In this document: piece after piece, positions 1 through 9,935 of the stretch
Numbering within the stretch: the stretch's first letter is position 1
Layout: each line of letters starts with the position of its first letter
DNA from: an uncultured Alphaproteobacteria bacterium
Lineage (GTDB): Bacteria; Pseudomonadota; Alphaproteobacteria; Rhizobiales; Xanthobacteraceae
Assembly (NCBI GenBank): GCA_963810085.1
Contig: CAWEMR010000005.1
Coordinates: 378,648 to 442,647 of the forward strand
Direction: 5' to 3'
Length of the DNA: 64,000 nt
Translations under genes and position numbers: made by a program
Notes under the pieces: model-generated
Databases searched by the model: none
The model's input: only the letters and a program-made list of their open reading frames with translations
What the model was told of the DNA's origin: nothing

Positions 1-214
1 AGCGCTGCATCGCCTTCGAGGTAAGACCGACCTTGTGCCCGATCAGCTTGGCGCCGGCCGCGATCTTGCGCTTGGCGACTTCGCTCGAAATCGCATAGGC
101 GTCATCGATGGTGATGCCGGGCCAGGTCTTGGACAGCTGCGTGGCCTGTTTGCGCTCGGTCTCGGCACTGATGAGAATATCGGCGGCCTTGCTGCGATCG
201 GCGTCGGACATCAT
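1..214 (-). CDS. 2-oxopent-4-enoate (2-keto-4-pentenoate) hydratase family protein, N-terminal part; the gene runs off the window
   Basis: Hand translation of the minus strand gives MMSDADRSKAADILISAETERKQATQLSKTWPGITIDDAYAISSEVAKRKIAAGAKLIGHKVGLTSKAMQR, the typical MhpD/HpcG N-terminal pattern (AYAI..., G.KVGLTS). GGAGGAG lies about 10 nt upstream of the ATG at 212-214. It is not in the ORF track because it is truncated by the window edge. Confidence 0.6.
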   Translation of the reverse strand, partial: MMSDADRSKAADILISAETERKQATQLSKTWPGITIDDAYAISSEVAKRKIAAGAKLIGHKVGLTSKAMQR

Positions 215-298
215 GGCGACAAAACTCCTCCCTCATGAGCGGTTGGGGAAGAGCCTTAGCACATTTGCGATGGAGCAAAACGCGCGGTAGCCGCCGGC

Positions 299-1030
299 CT
301 ATTGCTGGCAGGCGACGCGCAGCAGGACGGTCTCGACCGGACAATCGGCGATCGTCGGATTCTGGCCCGAGACCCAGAGCGAAGCTTTGCAGCGCTCCGC
401 CGTGCGGATGTCGATCGGCCGGCCATCGCTGAAGCCCTTGGCCTTGCAGACATTGGTAGCCGCGGTGGCGCAGTCGGGCGCGCCGTTGCCGGCGACCGGG
501 CAAAGCTGCTGGATCTCGATCACTTTCGCGGGCGTGAACATGGCGCCGGCGGCATTCTTCATCGCCTGCGTTGCGTCCTTGGCGGCCTCGCTCTGCTGTT
601 TGTTGAATTCCTCGAGCTTGACCTGCTGCTCTTTCATCTTGGCGTTGAAATTGGCGATGGAGTCGTCCCACCACTGGCCGAGGCCGTTCAAGAACCCACG
701 CTTTTCATCAGGCGAAGCCGGCAAAGCCGAGGCTTGGTTCGCGGCCGGGGCGCCGGCCTGGTTCGGAGCTTGGCCTTGAGCCTGACCTTGCCCCTGGTTC
801 GTCGCTTGAGGCGGAGGCGGCTGCGTCGCGGACGGGGGCGCGCCCGCTGGTTGAGCTGCCTGCGGCGCCGGACCCGCGTTGCTTGATGGCGCTGAACCGG
901 GCGCCAGACCGGCCGCAGCCGGGGCATTGTTTTGGGCGCGCGCCATACCGGCGGCGGCGATCAACACCACCGCTGCGGCGAGCCATCCGGCCGCCGATCT
1001 GTAATAAGATGCACTGGCGCTGCTTTGCAT
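299..1030 (-). CDS. secreted Pro/Gln/Ala-rich protein with a Cys-rich C-terminal domain (hypothetical)
   Basis: ORF 299..1069. The internal ATG (MQSSASASYYRSAAGWLAAAVVLIAAAGMARAQ) gives a signal-peptide-like start with GGAG upstream. The middle is low-complexity PQA/GQ. The C-terminal roughly 90 aa hold 6 Cys. GC3 is high. Confidence 0.6.
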   Translation of the reverse strand: MQSSASASYYRSAAGWLAAAVVLIAAAGMARAQNNAPAAAGLAPGSAPSSNAGPAPQAAQPAGAPPSATQPPPPQATNQGQGQAQGQAPNQAGAPAANQASALPASPDEKRGFLNGLGQWWDDSIANFNAKMKEQQVKLEEFNKQQSEAAKDATQAMKNAAGAMFTPAKVIEIQQLCPVAGNGAPDCATAATNVCKAKGFSDGRPIDIRTAERCKASLWVSGQNPTIADCPVETVLLRVACQQ

Positions 1031-1175
1031 CGCGGCCACTCCGTCATGGCCTTGAGGATGATCGCTCAATGGGTGAGCGTGACGTCGCCGCTCGGCTCAC
1101 CCGTCGGGGCCCCTCGACCCGATTAGGCACTGATCTAACAATAATTGTGGCAATCAAATTAGGGCGGCAACAAGG

Positions 1176-1757
1176 TCAGAACACCTTCACCAAAACGACA
1201 AAGCCCACCACGATACCGGCCAAGGCGAGGCCCGCCCACAGGCCCAGCCGCTCCTCGATGAGGCTGCGGGCGCGTTCGCCGTAGCGGTTGATCAGGACGG
1301 CGAGCAAAAAGAACCGCGCTCCGCGCGTAATGGCCGAGAGCACGATGAACAGGCCGAGATTGAAACCGGCAAAGCCCGAGGTGATGGTGACGATCTTATA
1401 GGGGATCGGGGTCAGCCCCTTGAGCAGGATGATCCAGGCGCCGTAATGCGCGTAGGCGTCGCGGAAGGCATCGACCTTGTCGCCATAACCGTAAAGCCCG
1501 ATCAGCCACTGCCCGACGGTCGAATAAAGCTCCGAGCCGATGAAATAGCCGAGCAGGCCACCAGCGACCGAGGTGACGGTGCAGATCGCGGCGAAGTAAA
1601 AGGCGCGGTCGGGCCGCGCCAGCGCCATCGGGATCAGCATGATGTCCGGCGGCACCGGAAAGAACGAGCTTTCGGCAAAAGACACGCAGCCCAAGACCCA
1701 GGCGGCGTGGGGCTTGCCGGCAGTGTCCACGCACCAGTCGTACAGGTGGCGAAGCAT
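1176..1757 (-). CDS. YqaA/DedA-like (SNARE-associated) inner membrane protein
   Basis: 193-aa ORF with multiple TM helices. The motifs FAESSFFPVPPD and LKGLTPIPYK are typical of the YqaA/DedA family. Confidence 0.7.
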   Translation of the reverse strand: MLRHLYDWCVDTAGKPHAAWVLGCVSFAESSFFPVPPDIMLIPMALARPDRAFYFAAICTVTSVAGGLLGYFIGSELYSTVGQWLIGLYGYGDKVDAFRDAYAHYGAWIILLKGLTPIPYKIVTITSGFAGFNLGLFIVLSAITRGARFFLLAVLINRYGERARSLIEERLGLWAGLALAGIVVGFVVLVKVF

Positions 1758-1869
1758 GGGCGGTTCACTAGCGGGAGCTGTGGGCGCTGTCTATCGGCGT
1801 CGTGTCCGAACACATTTGGGACGCGCTAGCCGCAGCGCCGTCGCAAAGCCAGGACCCGCGCGGCAGCGC

Positions 1870-2250
1870 TTACCGCCGCTTCCGCGCCCGACGCCCTTCC
1901 AGCATGACGATTTGACGACGGGGAAAATCTTCCGGCATCTTTTTCGGCACCTTCTCGGCGATGCCGAGGAGCCGCTCGCGGCGGTCCATTTCCTTCCAGA
2001 CGTCCTCCGGCTTGATGCCGGCGGAGACCCAGAGCACGACGAGATTATAGATCAGGTCGGCGCTCTCTTTGACGACGGCTTCGCGATCGCCGTTCATGGC
2101 GTCGATCACAACCTCGACGGCCTCTTCGGCGAGCTTCTTGGCCATCTTGCTGCGGCCCGAACGCAGCAGCCGCGCCGTCCGCGAGGTCGACGGATCGTCC
2201 TGCCGGCAGGCGTGCACCGCTTGATAGAGACGTGAAATCGAATCACTCAT
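1870..2250 (-). CDS. hisE: phosphoribosyl-ATP pyrophosphohydrolase, with a basic C-terminal tail
   Basis: The HisE signature ...TARLLRSGRSKMAKKLAEEAVEVVIDAMNGDREAVVKESADLIYNLVVLW... is present. The gene stands alone here and carries a roughly 25-aa Lys/Arg-rich extension. Confidence 0.7.
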   Translation of the reverse strand: MSDSISRLYQAVHACRQDDPSTSRTARLLRSGRSKMAKKLAEEAVEVVIDAMNGDREAVVKESADLIYNLVVLWVSAGIKPEDVWKEMDRRERLLGIAEKVPKKMPEDFPRRQIVMLEGRRARKRR

Positions 2251-2334
2251 AGCCCATCAGAATAACGAGATCGTGTCGCGATTGTGTTAATGCCCCAAGG
2301 GGCGGGCGGCTTTCTGCAGGATTCAGTCATCAGG

Positions 2335-5300
2335 TCAGTCATCTTGGGCGAGCAGCCCGGCATTGCCGCCGGCCGCGGCGGTGTTGACCGTGACCACCTG
2401 CTCGGCCGCCAAGCGGCGCAGGGTATTCGGCCCCCCGGCCTTGGGGCCCGTGCCGGACAAATGAGTGCCGCCAAAGGGTTGGGTTCCGACCACGGCCCCA
2501 ATCATATTGCGATTGACGTAGACATTGCCGTGCGGAAGACGTGCGGCAATCTGCCCGACGGCGAGATCGATGCGGGAATGGATGCCGAGCGTCAAAGCCG
2601 TGCCGTTCGCCGCGATGTCATCGATCAGCGCCTCCAGATGCCCGGCACGAAAGCGCACCACATGCAGCACCGGACCAAAAACTTCCTGATTGAGGTCAAG
2701 GACGCGGTCGAGCTCGATGACCGCCGGTGCGACAAAAATTCCGCCGGCCGGCTGGTCGCCGTCCCAGCGAAACCGGAGCCGCCCGGCGCGCGCATTCTCC
2801 GCGATCCAGCTTTCGAGCTTAGCTTTCGCCTCGGCGTCGATCACCGGGCCGACATGGGTCGCGATCTCGCGCGGATCGCCGACTTTCAGTTCGCGCGCGG
2901 CGCCGATCACCATTTCAAGCATGCGGTCGGCGACATCGTCCTGCAGACACAACAATCGCAGCGCCGAGCAGCGCTGGCCGGCGGAGCGGAACGCCGACGT
3001 GACCACGTCATCGCCGACCTGTTCCGGCAGCGCGGTGGCGTCGACGATCATGGCGTTGATGCCGCCGGTCTCGGCGATCAGCGGCACGATCGGCCCTTCT
3101 CTCGCGGCAAGTGAGCGGTTGATGGCGCGGCCGACCTCGGTCGAACCGGTGAAGACCACGCCCGCGACATGCGGATTGGCGACGAGGCTCGCGCCGACCG
3201 TGCCGTCGCCGGGAACAAGATGCAGCGCCGTCTTGAGCACACCGGCCTCGTGCAACAGCGCAACGGCAAGCGCGGCAATCAGCGGCGTTTGCTCCGCCGG
3301 CTTGGCGACGACACTGTTGCCCGCGGCAAGCGCGGCGCACACTTGGCCGAGAAAGATCGCCAGCGGAAAATTCCACGGACTGATACAGGCAAACACGCCG
3401 CGCCCACGATAGCACAACGTGTTGCTCTCGCCGGTCGGCCCCGGCATGATTTGCGGCGCGAGCGCGGTGCGCGCCTCCGCGGCGTAGTAGCGGCAATAGT
3501 CGACGGCCTCGCGCAATTCGGCGAGCGCGTCGTCGAGCGTCTTGCCGGCCTCGTTCTGCAGCAAAGAAAGAAGCCGGCCGCGATTGAGCTCGAGCCGATC
3601 GGCGGCGCGCTCAAGGGCTGTGGCGCGCTCCTCGATCGGCGTCGCCGACCAGGCCGGGAAACCGGCGACGGCGGCGGCAACGGCCGAACCGGCGACGGCG
3701 TCGTCGCCGTCATAGACGGCGCCGATCATGCCGCCGTCGATCGGCGAATATAGCTTTCGCTCGATGCCGGGCAGCGCGACGCCGTCGAGGAGCGGAGCGG
3801 CGGTGGCCGATGCGGTGGCGCCGTCGCGCACTTCTTGCAGCAGCGCGGCGAGGCTTTTGCGTTCGCCGAATTCGACGCCCGCCGAGTTCTGCCGCTCCGG
3901 CTCATAAAGATTACCCGGCAGGGGAATCTTCTTGTTGCGCGCTTCTTCAGCCGTCGTGATCCAGCTCTGCGGACGGCGCAAAACATCGGCGATCGGCACG
4001 CGCGGATCGGCGGCGGCCGACACGAACGACGAATTGGCGCCGTTTTCCAGAAGCCGCCGCACCAGGTAAGCCAGCAGATCGCGATGGCCGCCGACCGGAG
4101 CGTAGATGCGGCAGACGGCGTCCGGAAATTCGGCGCGCAGCGCATCGTAGAGCGGCTCGCCCATGCCGTAGAGCCGCTGAAACTCAAAGCCATCGGCGCC
4201 GCCGGCGTCCTCGATCACGCTTGAAACCGTGAGCGCGTTGTGGGTGCCGAATTGCGGAACCACTCTGTTGCGCACCCCGAGAAGCCGTCTCACGCAGGTC
4301 ATGTAGCAGAGATCGGTCACGGCCTTGCGCGTGAACACCGGATAATCGGCAAGCCCCCGCTCCTGCCCGCGCTTGATCTCGGTGTCCCAATAGGCGCCTT
4401 TGACCAGCCTGACCGTGAGCCTGCGGCTTTGCGCGGCGGCCACATCCTCGATCCAGTCGATCACGGCGAGCGCGCGTTTTTGATAGGCCTGCACCGCAAG
4501 CCCAAAACCGTCCCAGCCGGCGAGCGATGCATCGTCAAGAGCGGCAGCAATTGTTTCGAGCGACAGTTCGAGCCGGTCCGCTTCCTCCGCGTCGATGGTG
4601 AATTGCAGGTCGTGCGCCTTGGCGAGCTGCGCGAGCTCGATCAGGCGCGGCGTGAGTTCGTCCAGCACCCGCTCGCGCGAAATCGCTTCATAGCGCGGAT
4701 GCAGCGCCGAAAGTTTTACGGAAATGCCGGACCGCGCCGCGGGCGCCGCGCCTCCTGCGCTTTTGCCGATCGCCGCGATGGCTCCGGCATAGGCGTCAAA
4801 ATATGTGTCGGCATCGTCGGCGGTGCGCGCGCCCTCGCCCAGCATGTCGAACGAATAAAGCTGGTCGGCATGCGTGCGCGCCAGCGCTTCGTCGATGGTT
4901 TGGCCGAGCACGAAATGCGAGCCGAGAAGCCGCATTGCCTGCCGGATCGCCGCCCGCATGACGGGCAGGCCGATGCGATGCACCACGCTGTCGAGGATCG
5001 TCTCCGGCGTTTCGCCCGGATGAATGACACGCGCGGCGACGCCGAGCGTCCAGGCCGAGGCCGAAACCAATATCGCGGTGGAGTGCACGTCGCTGTCGAG
5101 CCAGCGCCCGGCGACAAGCTTGTCTTCGATCAACCGGTCCGCGGTTGCGGTGTCCGGCACGCGCAGCAGCGCCTCGGCCAAGACCATCAGCGCTAGGCCT
5201 TCCTTGGTCGAGAGCGAATAAGCGTGGAGGAAATCGTCGACCCCGCCGAGGCCGCCGGCCTTGGCGCGGATCGCCTCGACCCATTTTTGGGCGCGGGCAT

Positions 5301-5421
5301 CGATGTGGCGCTCAGCCTCGGCGTCGCGCGCGGCGTCAGCAAGGAGAGCCGCCGCGAGATCCTCGTCCGGCGGAGCGAACGGCGCGTGAAAAATCGGTAG
5401 CCCTGAATCGGACGCGGTCAT
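2335..5421 (-). CDS. putA: bifunctional proline dehydrogenase / L-glutamate gamma-semialdehyde dehydrogenase
   Basis: Uninterrupted 1028-aa ORF with an N-terminal proline dehydrogenase barrel and a C-terminal aldehyde dehydrogenase domain (FTGSTEVG, ETGGINA, GQRCSA motifs). Confidence 0.9.
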   Translation of the reverse strand: MTASDSGLPIFHAPFAPPDEDLAAALLADAARDAEAERHIDARAQKWVEAIRAKAGGLGGVDDFLHAYSLSTKEGLALMVLAEALLRVPDTATADRLIEDKLVAGRWLDSDVHSTAILVSASAWTLGVAARVIHPGETPETILDSVVHRIGLPVMRAAIRQAMRLLGSHFVLGQTIDEALARTHADQLYSFDMLGEGARTADDADTYFDAYAGAIAAIGKSAGGAAPAARSGISVKLSALHPRYEAISRERVLDELTPRLIELAQLAKAHDLQFTIDAEEADRLELSLETIAAALDDASLAGWDGFGLAVQAYQKRALAVIDWIEDVAAAQSRRLTVRLVKGAYWDTEIKRGQERGLADYPVFTRKAVTDLCYMTCVRRLLGVRNRVVPQFGTHNALTVSSVIEDAGGADGFEFQRLYGMGEPLYDALRAEFPDAVCRIYAPVGGHRDLLAYLVRRLLENGANSSFVSAAADPRVPIADVLRRPQSWITTAEEARNKKIPLPGNLYEPERQNSAGVEFGERKSLAALLQEVRDGATASATAAPLLDGVALPGIERKLYSPIDGGMIGAVYDGDDAVAGSAVAAAVAGFPAWSATPIEERATALERAADRLELNRGRLLSLLQNEAGKTLDDALAELREAVDYCRYYAAEARTALAPQIMPGPTGESNTLCYRGRGVFACISPWNFPLAIFLGQVCAALAAGNSVVAKPAEQTPLIAALAVALLHEAGVLKTALHLVPGDGTVGASLVANPHVAGVVFTGSTEVGRAINRSLAAREGPIVPLIAETGGINAMIVDATALPEQVGDDVVTSAFRSAGQRCSALRLLCLQDDVADRMLEMVIGAARELKVGDPREIATHVGPVIDAEAKAKLESWIAENARAGRLRFRWDGDQPAGGIFVAPAVIELDRVLDLNQEVFGPVLHVVRFRAGHLEALIDDIAANGTALTLGIHSRIDLAVGQIAARLPHGNVYVNRNMIGAVVGTQPFGGTHLSGTGPKAGGPNTLRRLAAEQVVTVNTAAAGGNAGLLAQDD

Positions 5422-5621
5422 TCCTGCAATTTATCCTCCCTTGCTTTCGCGGGGGAGGGGCCATGTGGGCTTGAGAATGGGGGGCTTGAGAAGCCCGAAG
5501 GCGTAACGCCTCCGCGGCGCGCGGGACGTCAACAATCCTGCAAAGCGAGCCGACGGATACTTAAACCAATGGTAACTCGACACCCAGTAAGGTTAGTCCG
5601 TAGAAATGGGTTAAACGGCCG

Positions 5622-6418
5622 ATGTGCAGACGGTCTCACATAAGTCTCGTATTCGCTTCGCTACTCCTCCTGTTGCCGTGTTCGGCGGGGTGGACGCAGG
5701 ATTCCACGCTTCCAGCTGCGCGGACTTATGTCGTTCAAGGTTCGACGACGTTTACGCACCGCGTGATGGAGCCGTATCAAGGCGCCATTGAAGCAGCCTC
5801 CGGTCACAAGCTGACTGTCGTCCCTAACAAATCGAGCCGAGGCCTTCTCGCGTTGTTCGAAAAGTCCGCCGATTTTGCAATGATCTCGGGGCCGATTGAA
5901 AATGAAATCAAAGTTCTGAAAACGAACTATCCAGATCTCCCATTCGGGCGGCTGCAAACTTTCAACGTTGCGAACACGCGTATGCCTTTGCGGTCAATCG
6001 AGACAATCCGGTTCACAAGATAACCGACGAGAATATGGGCCATATCTTGCTGGGTGAGATCACAAACTGGCACGACATCGGAGGCCCGGATTTGCCGATC
6101 AGAATCGTGATGGTTCAAGAAGGCGGCGGAGTTCAGGCCTCGATTGAGAGCGATTTGCTCGACGGCAGGAGCATAAATGTTCCAAATCCTGTTATTGTTC
6201 AGGCTAGCTCTCAGGTCATCCACGTTACGGAAATGATGCCCCAGGCATTGGGCCTATCGCAGCTAGGTATCGTGACGAAGTCAGATGCGATCGAGTTGAG
6301 AACGGAACATCCAATCGAACAACACCTCGACCTCGTAACCTTGGGTAATCCGACCGCCGAAATGCGTAAAGTTATCGATGCCGCTCGACAAATCATGAGT
6401 AGGGTTTGGCAGTTGTGA
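5622..6418 (+). pseudogene. PstS-like (PBP_like_2) periplasmic phosphate-binding protein, split by one frameshift
   Basis: ORFs 5622..6023 and 6035..6418 are two halves of one protein. Reading the third frame across 5976-6035 restores AYAFAVNRDNPVHKITDENMGHILLGEITNWHDIGG, the PstS-family motif. The frame change lies near 5973-5982. A signal peptide is present at the N-terminus. The region has visibly lower GC. Confidence 0.7.
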
Positions 6419-6515
6419 TGTCTGGCGCCAGACGTGTAGGCGCTTTGGTTGCCCAGACTTGATCAACCTTAAATAGCTGCCGGCGTCGCCCGTTCGCCAA
6501 CCGCGGATGCCCGGC

Positions 6516-7076
6516 TTACTCGGCTGCGACATGAGTGACTTGCACTTCAACGAGAGTCTTCAACTTGCCGAGGCCCTCCTCGAACTGGCCGCCCACCATT
6601 TTGTCGCAGTTGATGAACAGGCTCATGACCTTCGCCATGAACGGCTGGTGGCCCTGCATCGCCCAAGTAACGTTGGTGCCATTGCTCTTCGGCTCCAGGA
6701 TGAAATCGACCGTGTTATGCGCCGCGAACGGCCGCGACATGTCGAGCGCCAGCGAAACGCGCGACGATGGGACCGAATCCGTAATCGCGATGCGTCCGGC
6801 GCCGACGTTGCGGTTGCCGTCCCATTCATAGATCGCGCCCTTGCCGGCCGGCGCGCCGCTATGGGTACGCTTCATGTTCGGATCTTTCTCGAACGGCGAC
6901 CACGCCGATTGCGCGTGCAGGTCGTTGATCAGCGGAAAGATTTTATCCGGCGGCGCTGCGATCAACGTCGAGCGGATGACCCGAAACGTATCGGGCTGTA
7001 TCGAGGCGTAGATCAGCGCCGCGGCGATGGCGACCGCCAGCGCGATGGCGATGATGATGAGGATTGTCGTGATCAT
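6516..7076 (-). CDS. SRPBCC (polyketide-cyclase/START-like) protein with an N-terminal TM anchor
   Basis: The internal ATG of ORF 6516..7334 (MITTILIIIAIALAVAIAAALIY...) is preceded by GGGGGA. The upstream part of the ORF is Arg-rich antisense-type sequence. Confidence 0.7.
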   Translation of the reverse strand: MITTILIIIAIALAVAIAAALIYASIQPDTFRVIRSTLIAAPPDKIFPLINDLHAQSAWSPFEKDPNMKRTHSGAPAGKGAIYEWDGNRNVGAGRIAITDSVPSSRVSLALDMSRPFAAHNTVDFILEPKSNGTNVTWAMQGHQPFMAKVMSLFINCDKMVGGQFEEGLGKLKTLVEVQVTHVAAE

Positions 7077-7093
7077 GTGATCCCCCAATAATC

Positions 7094-7594
7094 TCAAGCG
7101 GGCCCGGAATAGGCGCGCTGCAGCGCTTTCAGATCGAACTTTTTCATTGTCATGACGGCGTTCATGATCCTGCCGGATCTGGCGCCGTCGGCGTCTTGCA
7201 TCATCTGCGGCAATGCCGACGGCACGACCTGCCAGGAGAGGCCGAATTTGTCCTTGAGCCAGCCGCACGGGCCTTCCTTGCCGCCGTCCGACAACCTGCT
7301 CCAGAAGTGATCGATTTCGCTTTGCGTGTCGCACATCACCTGGAACGACACCGCTTCGTCGAACTTGAATTGCGGCCCGCCGTTGAGCGCGGTGAAGGTT
7401 TGCCCCTCAAGCTCGAACTCGACGACCATGACCGAGCCTGGCGCCTTGCCGTGGACCTCACGGCCGGCTTCGGTGTAACGGCTGACTTGCTTGATCCGCG
7501 AATTGGCGAAGATCGCGGTGTAGAGCTTCGCCGCGTCTTCGGCCTCGTTGTCGAACCACAGGCACGGCGTGATCTTCTGTTTGAGCGCTGCCAT
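7094..7594 (-). CDS. VOC-superfamily protein (3-demethylubiquinone-9 3-methyltransferase-like / PhnB-like domain)
   Basis: 166 aa. KITPCLWFDNEAEDAAKLYTAIF...FTALNGGP...CGWLKDKFGLSWQV is characteristic of this domain family. Confidence 0.75.
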   Translation of the reverse strand: MAALKQKITPCLWFDNEAEDAAKLYTAIFANSRIKQVSRYTEAGREVHGKAPGSVMVVEFELEGQTFTALNGGPQFKFDEAVSFQVMCDTQSEIDHFWSRLSDGGKEGPCGWLKDKFGLSWQVVPSALPQMMQDADGARSGRIMNAVMTMKKFDLKALQRAYSGPA

Positions 7595-7604
7595 GACGGA
7601 CTCC

Positions 7605-8129
7605 TTATGCCGCGCCGCGCAACTTCGTGTCGACGAGATAGGCGTCGAGCCGTTCGAACGTACCGCCCCAGCCGCCGGTCATGCTCGCGTGCGCGGCGTC
7701 GAAGGTTTTCTGCTCCTCGTCCGAGGCGTTGAGCGGCGACCAGATCAGCGTCAGCTTGGTCTTGCCGCCCGGCGCGTCTTCGAACGTCACCGTCGTCAGC
7801 ATTTCGAGCGGCCAGGTCGGCGCCATCGGATGCCGCGTCAGGCCGCCGTCTTCGTTCGAGAACGAATGCACCCATTTCAGGAGCTTGGGCGGGACGATCT
7901 CGCGGTAGACGAATTTGCCCCACATGATCTGGCCGTCGCCACCGCGCATGGCGCCGAGATAGGTGCCGCCGACGCGAAAATCCATTTTCTGGGCGACGAT
8001 GGTGGTGCCTTTCGGGCCCCACCATTCCTTCATGCGCTCCGGCTCGGTGAAGCATTTCCACAGCGTCTCCGGCGGCGCGTCGAATATGCGGGTGGTGACG
8101 AAGTCGGTGTTTTTGGTTTCGGCAAGCAT
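7605..8129 (-). CDS. SRPBCC / AHSA1 (Aha1-like) domain protein
   Basis: 174 aa with RIFDAPPETLWKCFTEPERMKEWWGPKG, the AHSA1-family signature. Confidence 0.75.
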   Translation of the reverse strand: MLAETKNTDFVTTRIFDAPPETLWKCFTEPERMKEWWGPKGTTIVAQKMDFRVGGTYLGAMRGGDGQIMWGKFVYREIVPPKLLKWVHSFSNEDGGLTRHPMAPTWPLEMLTTVTFEDAPGGKTKLTLIWSPLNASDEEQKTFDAAHASMTGGWGGTFERLDAYLVDTKLRGAA

Positions 8130-8177
8130 AGGCGTCCTCGTAATTTACGTGTGTTGGCAGCTGGGCGTTCGGTGCGC

Positions 8178-8585
8178 TTAATGTTGCGGCACCAGGATCA
8201 TCCAGTTCACGCCGAATTTGTCGGCGAGCATGCCGAAGCGCGGCGAGAAGAACGTCTTCGTCAGCGGCATCGTCACCTGGCCGCCCTCGGCGAGGGCTCC
8301 GAACATCTTGTCGGCATCGGTTTCGTCTTTCGCCGCGATGGTCAGTGCAAAGCCGTCGAATTTCGGTTGGCCCTTATTGCGGCCGTCGGACGTCAGGATC
8401 GTCGTTTCGCCGATTTGAAACTGCGCATGCATGACCTTGTCCTCGGAACCCGGGCTGAGCATGGACTTGTCGGGCAAGTCCTTAAAGCGCATCAGCATTT
8501 TGACGTCGGCGCCGATCGCCTTCTTGTAGAAGTTCAAGGCTTCGTCGCAGCGGCCGTCGAAGAACAGATAGGGTTGCACTTGCAT
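8178..8585 (-). CDS. VOC/glyoxalase-fold protein (PhnB-like)
   Basis: 135 aa with MQVQPYLFFDGRCDEALNFYKKAIGA...FGVNWMI, the PhnB/YjdN-like pattern. Confidence 0.75.
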   Translation of the reverse strand: MQVQPYLFFDGRCDEALNFYKKAIGADVKMLMRFKDLPDKSMLSPGSEDKVMHAQFQIGETTILTSDGRNKGQPKFDGFALTIAAKDETDADKMFGALAEGGQVTMPLTKTFFSPRFGMLADKFGVNWMILVPQH

Positions 8586-8624
8586 GACATAGTCCTTTCC
8601 TGCGCGTGAATGGGTTGCTTCCGA

Positions 8625-9935
8625 TTACACCAAGGACGAACCGGCCTTTGGCGATCCGACATCCTGAGACATTTTTTTCTCGGGCGTTTGACCTTCCTTC
8701 ATCAAGCCGTCGAGATGCAGGCGGATATGCGCGGCTTCCGCCGGCGTATGCGCGAGCGCGATAGCCTGGTCGAAGGCGACGCGCGCCTCCGCGGCGCGGC
8801 CGAGCTGCATCAATAGGCCGCCTTTCACGCCAAAAAAATGAAAGTAGGCGGAAAGTTGAGCGGCCAGAGGCTCGATCATCGCCAAAGCGGGTTCCGGCCC
8901 CCGCGCTTTTCTAACGGCGACGGCGCGGTTGAGCGTCACCACCGGCGACGGCTGCAAGAGTTCCAGCGCGGCATAGAGCTGGTCGATTTCGGACCAGTCG
9001 GTGTCTTCGGGCCGTGTTGCATGCGCATGGACGCCGGCAATCGCCGCCTGGATCTGATAGGGCCCCGGCCGGCGGTGGCGCGCTGCCTTTTCGATGAGCA
9101 CGTGGCCTTCCGCGATCACGTCGCGGTTCCAAAGCGATCTGTCCTGATCGTCGAGGAGAATAATGGCGCCGTCGGCATCGAGCCGGGCCGGGGCGCGGGC
9201 GTGCTGAAATAGCAGCAGCGCCGCGAGCCCCAGGATTTCGGGCTCGCCCGGAAACAGCGTCAGCAAGAGACGCGACAGCCGGATCGCTTCCTCGCAGAGC
9301 GGCACGCGCATATGCGCTTCTCCGCCACTCGCCGCATAGCCTTCGTTGAAAACCAGATAGATCATCGCGGCGACGGCGCCCAGCCGCGCCGCACGCTCGA
9401 CCGGACCCGGCGTTTCGAAAGCGACATCGGCCTGCGCCGCCCGGCTCTTGGCGCGGGTGATGCGCTGTTCCATGGCGCTGTCGCCGACCAGAAAGGCGCG
9501 CGCGATCTCCTTCACCGTCAAGCCGGACACGACGCGCAGCGCTAGCGCGATCTGTTGCACTGCCGGCAGATCGGGATGACAGCAGATGAACAGAAGCCGC
9601 AGCACGTCGTCGCGGTAATGTGAATTGTCGAGACGCTCGGCGATATCGCTCTCGGCGTCATCGAGATCGGAAATAGCGTCGTCGGCGGGCAGCGGCTCGC
9701 TCTTGCCGCTCTTGCGGACATCGTCGAGGCCAACATTGCGCCCGACCAGAACGAGCCAGGCGACGGCATCGCGCGGCGGCCCGTTCACCGGCCAGTTCTT
9801 GAGTGCTCGCAAACAGGCTTCCTGGAACGCTTCCTCGGCGCGATCAAGATCGCGAAAATAGCGCAACAGCGCCCCGAGCGCTTGCGGACGCGCCGATCTG
9901 AGAACGGAATCGATCCACGGGGCCGCTGCCGTCAT
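8625..9935 (-). CDS. ECF-type RNA polymerase sigma factor with a long C-terminal regulatory extension (ECF42-like)
   Basis: The start was taken at M38 of ORF 8625..10046 (MTAAAPWIDSVLR...). Sigma region 2 (EEAFQEACLRALKNWP) and region 4 (LRVVSGLTVKEIARAF...EQRITRAK) are followed by about 230 aa of helical-repeat extension. The ATG overlaps the stop of the upstream YciI gene (ATGA). Confidence 0.85.
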   Translation of the reverse strand: MTAAAPWIDSVLRSARPQALGALLRYFRDLDRAEEAFQEACLRALKNWPVNGPPRDAVAWLVLVGRNVGLDDVRKSGKSEPLPADDAISDLDDAESDIAERLDNSHYRDDVLRLLFICCHPDLPAVQQIALALRVVSGLTVKEIARAFLVGDSAMEQRITRAKSRAAQADVAFETPGPVERAARLGAVAAMIYLVFNEGYAASGGEAHMRVPLCEEAIRLSRLLLTLFPGEPEILGLAALLLFQHARAPARLDADGAIILLDDQDRSLWNRDVIAEGHVLIEKAARHRRPGPYQIQAAIAGVHAHATRPEDTDWSEIDQLYAALELLQPSPVVTLNRAVAVRKARGPEPALAMIEPLAAQLSAYFHFFGVKGGLLMQLGRAAEARVAFDQAIALAHTPAEAAHIRLHLDGLMKEGQTPEKKMSQDVGSPKAGSSLV

